A stretch of DNA of 16,801 nucleotides, from positions 1 to 16,801 of the forward strand of contig JAWOFP010000005.1 of assembly GCA_046497485.1 (NCBI GenBank), written 5' to 3'. The DNA is from Candidatus Nanohaloarchaea archaeon. Lineage in GTDB: Archaea; Nanohalarchaeota; Nanosalinia; Nanosalinales; Nanosalinaceae. The notes beneath the pieces are model-generated. The model had not been told where the DNA came from. It did no database searches and saw only the letters and a list, made by a program, of their open reading frames with translations. Positions 8,824-15,641 of the stretch are shown here, in pieces (the first letter of the stretch is position 1; each line of letters begins with the position of its first letter). The position numbers were made by a program, and so were the translations under genes.

Positions 8824-10076
8824 GTAGCAGCCGACTGTTGGTTTTGTTGCATCCTGCCAACCATTATTCTTTTAGCCTGATTCAGAGCCTCATCTCTCTC
8901 AATATCTTCCTCTTCCATTAACTGAGTAACGGCTTGTTCAGGTACTTGTTCATCAGCTAGCTGTTGAGCCAACTGTTCCATATTTGATTCAATATCCTCT
9001 CCTTCACTTTGTTGCTGACCTGAATCAATTCCGTCAATAGTTGGATCATAACTCTCCGCATGGACTGTTTCCCCGTCCAGAATTCCTATTTCGATAGCTG
9101 CACCATTGTTTGTGTTTGCCACAGTTGTATCATAGATTTCATCAACCATTGGCTCTCCAGTGTGCCCTCCGCCAGTTAGAGCAATATCCTGTTGATATTC
9201 CTCTACTACTTTATCCACTACCGTCGATCCAAACCGATTTACTGCCGACGACATCACCCCATGATGTGCTAGGTAGATATTGTTTTCTGCATTTTCAATT
9301 CTGGAACCTAGGCCTTCCATCATTTCCATCGCAGCTTCATAGTCAATATGCTCCTGAGTGCGATCAAAGCCCTTAGGTAAATCGTCTAGCGAAAGCTCAT
9401 CAGGATTCGGAGATTTTTCGACCGAGAATAAGCTCCTGAAAACCCCTCCAACTATCGGAATACTGGACAAAAACCCGTTATAAGGTCTTTTTACAGTTAT
9501 TTCAGAAGCAACCTCCTCACCGTCATAATTTACATCTTCTAGGCCTGGTTCTTCTTCAAGGAACTCTCTTTCTGTCTCCTCTTCAATGTGATGGCTGCCG
9601 CCAACCACAGTCAAGTTCTCTAGCTCTAAAATATCGCTCTCGATATTAACTAAGTTATCATATTTCTCTTCAGTAAGGAACTTGTAAGCATTTCCATCAA
9701 ATTCTCTAAATCTTTCATGCTCCCCATCTAAAATTTCTTCAACTTGGCCTACAAATTCTTCATCTAAAACTTCGCCGTCAGGAGCATGAGCTCCGGCTAT
9801 CGGCGCGTGATTTCCGGGTAGAACGGCTACATCTACATCCAAGTCACCGCCTAATCTATCTAAAGTCTGATAAGTCTGGTCTAATTGCTCAATATAGGCC
9901 TCCGGGTCTAAATCGCTTTTCTTTGATGCATCACCAGCATACTGGATTAAATCGAGATCCCCTTCATCATACCTCTCAACAATCTTATCATAATCTAGGC
10001 CTTTATCCTCAGTATCACTTACCTGAAGGATATTTGAGTCAAGATTACCGAATTCTTGGTTTTCCGTAGAACTCAT
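8820..10076 (-). CDS. Calcineurin-like metallophosphoesterase-fold protein with degenerate metal motifs
   Basis: Motifs in the correct order: ILQVSDTE, YAGD, LPGNH, LAHHG, GGGHTG. Large central insertion and Q/E-rich tail. Confidence 0.75.
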   Translation of the reverse strand: MSSTENQEFGNLDSNILQVSDTEDKGLDYDKIVERYDEGDLDLIQYAGDASKKSDLDPEAYIEQLDQTYQTLDRLGGDLDVDVAVLPGNHAPIAGAHAPDGEVLDEEFVGQVEEILDGEHERFREFDGNAYKFLTEEKYDNLVNIESDILELENLTVVGGSHHIEEETEREFLEEEPGLEDVNYDGEEVASEITVKRPYNGFLSSIPIVGGVFRSLFSVEKSPNPDELSLDDLPKGFDRTQEHIDYEAAMEMMEGLGSRIENAENNIYLAHHGVMSSAVNRFGSTVVDKVVEEYQQDIALTGGGHTGEPMVDEIYDTTVANTNNGAAIEIGILDGETVHAESYDPTIDGIDSGQQQSEGEDIESNMEQLAQQLADEQVPEQAVTQLMEEEDIERDEALNQAKRIMVGRMQQNQQSAAT

Positions 10077-10100
10077 ACATTATAATTAGACAGCCAGACA

Positions 10101-10106
10101 TTTAAA
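10101..10106 (-). promoter_or_regulatory. Putative TATA box of the metallophosphoesterase-like gene
   Basis: TTTAAA ends 24 nt before the ATG at 10076. Confidence 0.5.
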
Positions 10107-10196
10107 CTTTGTGATCATACAGTAACAAATTCTATAGTTGAATCAAACTTGATTTAAAAATAGGCCTGCAGCGTTTATTTAGGGCGAATTAATTCT

Positions 10197-12758
10197 ATGG
10201 AAGGAGACTACAAGCCTCGTGAAGTCGAGGAAAAATGGCGTGAAAAATGGCAGCAAAAAGGAACTTATGAATACCAGGGAGACGATAATAAGGAAGTATA
10301 CGCAATCGATACTCCGCCTCCAACAGTGTCAGGTAACCTGCATTTCGGCCACACCTACGGAAATACTTTAACCGACTTTAAAGCCCGTTTCGAGCGAATG
10401 AAAGGGAAAGACGTCTTCTTCCCGTTCGGATTCGACAACAACGGAATCGCCTCAGAGAGACTCACAGAAAGAGAACTCGACATTAAACATGGAGACTTTG
10501 AACGGTTCGAGTTCCAGAAAAAAGTCCGTGAAGTCTGTGAGAAATACGAGCAGAACTTTGAGGACACAATGAAGGAATTCGCTTTCTCAATGGACTGGAA
10601 CAATACTTACAAGACAATCCAGCCAAAGGTTCAGAAGATTTCCCAGCTCTCGTTCATCGACCTATACATGAAAGACAGAGAATATCGGGAGAAAGCTCCA
10701 GCGATTTGGTGCCCTGAATGCGAGACCGCGATCAGCCAGGTAGAAACCGAGGACATGGAAAAAAGCAGCCATTTCAACAATATCGAGTTTGACTTAGCCA
10801 GTGGAAATGGCAGCATCACAATCTCCACGACCAGGCCTGAACTTTTACCGGCGTGTGTCGCAATCTTCGTCCATCCAGACGATGAATCTAACAGGCCTTT
10901 AATCGGAGAAAAGGCAGAAGTTCCATTATTCGACTACGAAGTCCCTATAATTGAAGACGAGAGAGTCGACATGGAGACAGGCACAGGAGTAGTAATGAGC
11001 TGTACCTTCGGAGACCAGAACGATATCGAATGGTACCAGGCTCATGACCTAGATCTGAGAGTCGCAATCGATGAGACAGGCACAATGACAGATCTGGCAG
11101 AAAAGTATGAAGGCCTATCAACTCATGAAGCAAGAGAAGAAATAGTAGATGATTTGGATGAGGAAGGAAAATTAACCGATAGATGGGCGATAGATCATAC
11201 AGTTCAAGTCCATGAAAGATGTGACACAGAGATAGAGTTCCTAGTAACAGAACAGTGTTATGTAGAAGTTCTGGATAAGAAAAAGAAATACTTAGAACTT
11301 GGCAGAGAGATGGACTGGTACCCAGAGAAAATGTTTACACGATACAAGAACTGGGTAGAAGGCCTAGAATGGGACTGGTGCATCTCCCGTCAGAGAGACT
11401 CCGGAATTCCATTCCCAGTATGGTACTGTACAGAATGTGGAGAGGAAGAGCTCGCTGACAGAGACCAGTTACCTGTAGACCCTATCGAGGACGAGCCACC
11501 CGTCGATAAATGTGATGAATGTGGGAACACAGAATTTGAGCCGGAGACCGATGTATTCGATACATGGGCAACCTCATCACTCACACCATTGATTAACGCC
11601 GGATGGGACGGCAAAGAAATGGAGAGACCTGAACTTTACCAGATGAACTTGAGGCCTCAAGGCCACGACATAATTTCCTTCTGGCTTTTCCATACAGTCG
11701 TGAAATGTTACGAGCACACCGGCGAAGTTCCGTTTGAATCAGTTATGATCAACGGAATGGTACTGGACGAAAACAGAGAGAAAATGTCTAAGTCCCGTGG
11801 GAACGTTGTCAGTCCAAAAGAAGTAGTAGAAGACTATCCAATTGATGCAGCCCGTTACTGGAGCGCTGGAAGCAAAGTAGGAGACGACCTACCATTCAAA
11901 GAAAAAGACCTAATCGGAGGAGAAAGACTGCTCAGAAAACTATGGAACGCATCCAAACTAGTAGAACAGCTGACAGATGAAGATACAGAGGCCTCAGAGT
12001 TTGAGGAAGTCGATAAGTGGATGTTAAAAAAGACTGATAGAATCGTCGAGGAAGTAACTCAACACTTTGAGGACCACGAATTCTCAAAAGCCAGGGACAA
12101 ATTAAGGAGTTTCTTCTGGAACAGTTACTGCGATGACTACCTAGAGATATGTAAGCAGAGACTGGAGAATGAGAATGAAAGTGCTGAACAGGCCTTGAGA
12201 AGGACTCATGGAAAGATTCTGCAGATGTTCGCGCCTTTCACGCCTCACATCACTGAAGAGATCTGGCAGAAAATGCATTCCAAGAACAGCATCCATAGAA
12301 GCGAATGGCCAGAACCTGAAGGAATCAATACAGATGAACAAAGAGGAGATCAGGCAATGGAAGTAATCTCCTCAATCAGGAAGTTCAAGTCTCAGAATCA
12401 GATGGCATTGAACGATGAGATCGAGAAGATTGAGGTCTTCGGAGACATCTCAGGATTCGAAAGCGCAATCAAGGAAGTCATGCATGTAGATGAACTCGAA
12501 ATCCGGGAAGACTCTCCCGAACTTGAGAAAAAGATCAAGGAAATCAAACTTGATTATTCAGTCGCAGGCCCAGAATACGGAGACAAAGTCTCTGAAATCG
12601 AAGAATCTCTAGAAAACAATGAGTTCATGATGGACGATGGAAGACTAGAAGTCGCAGATGAACACTTGAGGCCTGAAGAGTTCGAAGTAATCGAGGAAAA
12701 GACTTACACCGGTGACGGAAGCTTTGTCGATGGAGAGGTCTCAATTGTTGTGAAGTAA
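10197..12758 (+). CDS. valS: Valine--tRNA ligase (archaeal type)
   Basis: IDTPPPTVSGNLHFGH, TTRPEL and GTGVV editing-domain motifs, WDWCISRQR, DTWATSS, KMSKS. Confidence 0.98.
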   Translation: MEGDYKPREVEEKWREKWQQKGTYEYQGDDNKEVYAIDTPPPTVSGNLHFGHTYGNTLTDFKARFERMKGKDVFFPFGFDNNGIASERLTERELDIKHGDFERFEFQKKVREVCEKYEQNFEDTMKEFAFSMDWNNTYKTIQPKVQKISQLSFIDLYMKDREYREKAPAIWCPECETAISQVETEDMEKSSHFNNIEFDLASGNGSITISTTRPELLPACVAIFVHPDDESNRPLIGEKAEVPLFDYEVPIIEDERVDMETGTGVVMSCTFGDQNDIEWYQAHDLDLRVAIDETGTMTDLAEKYEGLSTHEAREEIVDDLDEEGKLTDRWAIDHTVQVHERCDTEIEFLVTEQCYVEVLDKKKKYLELGREMDWYPEKMFTRYKNWVEGLEWDWCISRQRDSGIPFPVWYCTECGEEELADRDQLPVDPIEDEPPVDKCDECGNTEFEPETDVFDTWATSSLTPLINAGWDGKEMERPELYQMNLRPQGHDIISFWLFHTVVKCYEHTGEVPFESVMINGMVLDENREKMSKSRGNVVSPKEVVEDYPIDAARYWSAGSKVGDDLPFKEKDLIGGERLLRKLWNASKLVEQLTDEDTEASEFEEVDKWMLKKTDRIVEEVTQHFEDHEFSKARDKLRSFFWNSYCDDYLEICKQRLENENESAEQALRRTHGKILQMFAPFTPHITEEIWQKMHSKNSIHRSEWPEPEGINTDEQRGDQAMEVISSIRKFKSQNQMALNDEIEKIEVFGDISGFESAIKEVMHVDELEIREDSPELEKKIKEIKLDYSVAGPEYGDKVSEIEESLENNEFMMDDGRLEVADEHLRPEEFEVIEEKTYTGDGSFVDGEVSIVVK

Positions 12759-12784
12759 TAAAGTTTAATTGAGGAATTGTTTCC

Positions 12785-14026
12785 ATGAGCAATGACGAAA
12801 AGCATGAAACGATGTCTAAGTACCGGCTGAAGAAGCTGATTAAGAAGCTGGAAGACATCAGAGGAAGGAACACAGAACTGGTTTCGCTTTATATTCCTGC
12901 AGGTTACGACATGTCCAAGATCTCAGAATTTGTGACGAGTGAGGCCTCGGAAGCTGAAAATATCAAGTCCAAGCATACCAGGAAAAATGTCCAGGCCGCA
13001 CTCGACAAGATAGGGAGAAAAGTAAAGGAGGAACAGCAGACGCCTGAAAACGGCGTGGCTTTCTTCGCAGGTAATGTTTCAGAACGTGAGGGAAGGCCCG
13101 ACATCCAGGTCTGGGAAGTAATCCCTCCACGCCCAATTGAATCACGACATTATAGATGTGACAAAGAATTTGTTTTAGAGCCTTTGAAGCAGATGGTAGT
13201 GGACGACAAAGTCTACGGATTAATAGTAGCAGACAAAAATGATGCCGCTATAGGATTTTTACAGGGTAATTCGATCAAGACAGAGCATGTAATGAGTTCT
13301 AATGTCCCAGGGAAAACAAAAGCTGGGGGACAGAGTGCGCAAAGGTTTCAGCGTTTCAGGAAAGAGATGTATCAGACTTGGATGAACGAAATAGCTGATA
13401 ACGCTAAGAAAAGCTTCCTGCCTAAGAAGAGACAGGATAAGTTATTGGGGATTATAATTGGAGGCCCAGGATTCACCAAAGACAAATTAATAGAGGATGA
13501 CTACATTCATCAGGAGCTTCAAGAGGATATAGTTACAACGGAATCAACTAATTTCTCAGGAGAAGAAGGCCTGGAAGAACTAGTATCGAAGGCTGAAGAC
13601 TCAATCCAGGATTCCCAGGTTGTGAAGGAGAAGAACCTAGTGACAGAGTTCTTCGAGAACTTGGAAAAAGAAAACGGTAAGTCAGAGTACGGGCCTGAAA
13701 GGGTTAAAGAGGCCTTAGATATTGGAGCAGTTGACACTATTCTGATTTCGGAATCGACCGAGCTTTATTATGCCGAGTTTGAATGCCCTGAAGACCACGA
13801 AGATCACATGTTTGAGGCAAAGGCAGAGATACCGGAAGATAAGGAGTGCCATGAATGTAACCAGGACATGGAATTAACTGAGTTGGCTGATATAGTTGAT
13901 GCTTTCGGAGAAAAAGCAGAGGAAATGAGCTCAGACCTAGAAATAATCGGTAACGAACACGAAGAAGGTCGCAGACTGGAAAATATGGGTGGCGTAGCAG
14001 CTATTCTTAGATATAGAATAAGATAA
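12785..14026 (+). CDS. prf1: Peptide chain release factor aRF1
   Basis: TELVSLYIP, NIKS, YRCDKEF (YxCxxxF), GGQSAQRF, and C-terminal GGVAAILRY. Confidence 0.98.
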   Translation: MSNDEKHETMSKYRLKKLIKKLEDIRGRNTELVSLYIPAGYDMSKISEFVTSEASEAENIKSKHTRKNVQAALDKIGRKVKEEQQTPENGVAFFAGNVSEREGRPDIQVWEVIPPRPIESRHYRCDKEFVLEPLKQMVVDDKVYGLIVADKNDAAIGFLQGNSIKTEHVMSSNVPGKTKAGGQSAQRFQRFRKEMYQTWMNEIADNAKKSFLPKKRQDKLLGIIIGGPGFTKDKLIEDDYIHQELQEDIVTTESTNFSGEEGLEELVSKAEDSIQDSQVVKEKNLVTEFFENLEKENGKSEYGPERVKEALDIGAVDTILISESTELYYAEFECPEDHEDHMFEAKAEIPEDKECHECNQDMELTELADIVDAFGEKAEEMSSDLEIIGNEHEEGRRLENMGGVAAILRYRIR

Positions 14027-14045
14027 TCAGAGAGCCCAAGAAATT

Positions 14046-14051
14046 TTTAAG
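14046..14051 (+). promoter_or_regulatory. Putative TATA box of the MazG-like gene
   Basis: TTTAAG within AAATTTTTAAG, ending 26 nt before the ATG at 14078. Confidence 0.45.
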
Positions 14052-14077
14052 TGAAGTGATTCCAACCTTTTCTTATC

Positions 14078-14359
14078 ATGAAAGATCTAGATAAGAGTGC
14101 TGAAGACATAATTGAGATTTATTCGAGAGAATTAAACGATAAGGAACAGTTCCATCATGCTCTAGAGGAACTTTCAAAACATCCCTCAAAAGTAGCCAAA
14201 CTCTTAGAAAGAGATCAGGAAGAGCATTTGAAAGAAGAGATAGTCGATATACTGCTTCTGTCTCACGTACTGAAGTTGAAAAAAGATATCAGCACAGAGG
14301 ATATTGATTCGGCAGCCCAGCACTTCATCCAGAAGATAGATGAGATCTATGAAGATTAA
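14078..14359 (+). CDS. Small all-alpha protein, MazG-like NTP pyrophosphatase fold
   Basis: 93 aa helical protein with ALEEL and HLKEEIVDILL, resembling the MazG EExxE and EExxD motifs. The first motif is degenerate. Confidence 0.6.
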   Translation: MKDLDKSAEDIIEIYSRELNDKEQFHHALEELSKHPSKVAKLLERDQEEHLKEEIVDILLLSHVLKLKKDISTEDIDSAAQHFIQKIDEIYED

Positions 14360-14427
14360 ACTCTAGTTAACTGAGACTGGATAAATATACCTCAATTCAA
14401 AGATTTAACCCTTAATTTCATTGAGCG

Positions 14428-14515
14428 AGCAAGGATCTGGAAATTATAGGGAACGAAGATGAAGAATGACATAAGAGGAAAGAACACAGAAATTTTACGT
14501 TAGAGGATCCGATAA
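14428..14515 (+). pseudogene. Relic 1: mosaic of diverged aRF1 fragments
   Basis: 14434-14466 encodes DLEIIGNEDEE (aRF1 384-394 DLEIIGNEHEE, 26/33 nt). 14468-14491 encodes DIRGKNTE (aRF1 24-31 DIRGRNTE, 22/24 nt). 14492-14515 encodes ILR*RIR* (aRF1 407-413 ILRYRIR*, 16/24 nt). Confidence 0.8.
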
Positions 14516-14520
14516 AAAAT

Positions 14521-14527
14521 TTTAAAC
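14521..14527 (+). promoter_or_regulatory. Putative TATA box of the scramblase-like pseudogene
   Basis: TTTAAAC ends 22 nt before the ATG at 14550. Confidence 0.5.
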
Positions 14528-14549
14528 GAATTTCTCAAATTAGGAATTA

Positions 14550-15153
14550 ATGGTTAATTCTGAGTTAAAATAAAGAATTGAGGAATCTCTTCAAGAAGGA
14601 TATACTCCAGAGGAGATTGTGAAGGCCTTAAGGGAAGATGGTTACAGTGATGATCTAATCTTTTCTGCAGTAAAGAAAGCTGAAAAAGATCTCGAATCCG
14701 GAAACCGTAGATCTAGTAGGTCTAACAACTCAGCAGATTCATCACAACAGGAAATGAGTGGAAACCAGAGCAGCAGAAGGCAGAATAATAGAAATCAGGA
14801 TACTAGGCCTCAGAATAACGAGACCGAAAAGAGAAATAATAATCAGAGGCATTCTAACAATAGCAAGGAGATTGTTCCTGGGGCGGATCTATCCGATAAC
14901 CAGTACACTCTGAAGCAGAGGCGGTATAGACATTTTGAGAATTTTAGGAGGAAAGATACCCTTTGTTGGTCTCTTGGTGAGCTTCATACCTCGCAAGTAT
15001 GATGTGAAAAAAGGAAGAGATGAACAGATAGGCACGATAGAAGGAAAAATTGGGATACACAATATATACAATATAGAAATCAACTCAGGGGAGATCCCAC
15101 AGGAAACTATGATTGCTTCAGCTGTGGCTATTGATGCCTTAGAAAACAATTAG
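14550..15153 (+). pseudogene. Disrupted gene: small helical N-domain, N/Q/R/S-rich linker and LURP-one/scramblase-like domain
   Basis: ATG 14550 is in frame with ORF 14619 but has TAA at codon 8 (14571-14573). The frame switches near 14914-14920 into ORF 14935-15153. DLSDNQYTLKQ and IPRKYDV...IGTIEG...IASAVAIDALENN resemble, from memory, the two ends of haloarchaeal LURP-one-related proteins, with the middle missing. Confidence 0.75.
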
Positions 15154-15173
15154 ATAAGATTTCGTTAATATTA

Positions 15174-15217
15174 TTTGGAGAAGTATTAGCACATCTCAAG
15201 AATGTAGAATAAGATAA
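15174..15217 (+). pseudogene. Relic 2: more decayed copy of the aRF1 3' end
   Basis: TAGAATAAGATAA at 15205-15217 is identical to aRF1 14014-14026. The region reads FGEVLAHLK[+2 nt]CRIR* against aRF1 MGGVAAILRYRIR*. Confidence 0.5.
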
Positions 15218-15247
15218 AATAGAATAAAAATAAGAGTTGTCAAATAT

Positions 15248-15540
15248 TCAGACTAGTTTATTTGGTTCATAAACCTGTACCTGCTTATTCTTCATACCAA
15301 CACCCTCTTTATAATCAACTAAACTCTGAAGAGCATCTGCATATTCATTATCTGGCGTATCCATCGAGACTGTAGCGTAACTGCCTGATCCTTCATGGAT
15401 TTTAAGTCTAGCAACTTCATTTTTCTTTCCATCTAAATATTTCAAAGTATTTCCAGTTCTTACTTGAGTATCCGCAAGCGGCATAAGTGCGTCTTCAATG
15501 TCTGAAATTCCAAATTCATTATCTAAATCATTCTCCGGAT
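15248..15540 (-). pseudogene. Hypothetical gene that appears to have lost its original start codon
   Basis: The frame of ORF 15248-15484 stays open and coding-like upstream (PENDLDNEFGISDIEDALM) with no start codon. AT-CCG at 15540 lies 20 nt from TTATAAAG (15561-15568). Confidence 0.5.
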
Positions 15541-15612
15541 ATGAAAATGAGACTACAAAACTTTATAAGCAGAAGAACCTGTCAAAGCCAGGATTAGAGA
15601 AATGTACCACAA

Positions 15613-15619
15613 TTTAAAG
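15613..15619 (+). promoter_or_regulatory. Putative TATA box of sufB
   Basis: TTTAAAG ends 22 nt before the ATG at 15642. Confidence 0.55.
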
Positions 15620-15641
15620 ATTCATTCTCGAATGACTAAAT

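Noticed and set aside
14378..14407. Intergenic WINIPQFKDL resembles MetRS FLDLPQFKDE, and overlapping frames give SIQRF and LTE resembling aRF1 pieces
   Set aside because: Matches of 3-5 residues or 7-9 nt are expected by chance after scanning several frames and genes, so they are not counted as relic fragments.
14428..14515. Possible diversity-generating retroelement template repeat or CRISPR-like spacers
   Set aside because: Differences are at synonymous positions rather than adenine-specific. There is no reverse transcriptase, no direct repeats and no cas gene in the window.
14700..14865. N/Q/R/S-rich stretch with repeated CAGAATAA as a tandem repeat
   Set aside because: It is a low-complexity protein linker with no regular period.
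15571..15600. AGAAGAACCT and CCAGGATT match aRF1 internal sequence, a possible third relic
   Set aside because: Only 8-10 nt and partly purine-rich, with no coherent protein-level alignment.
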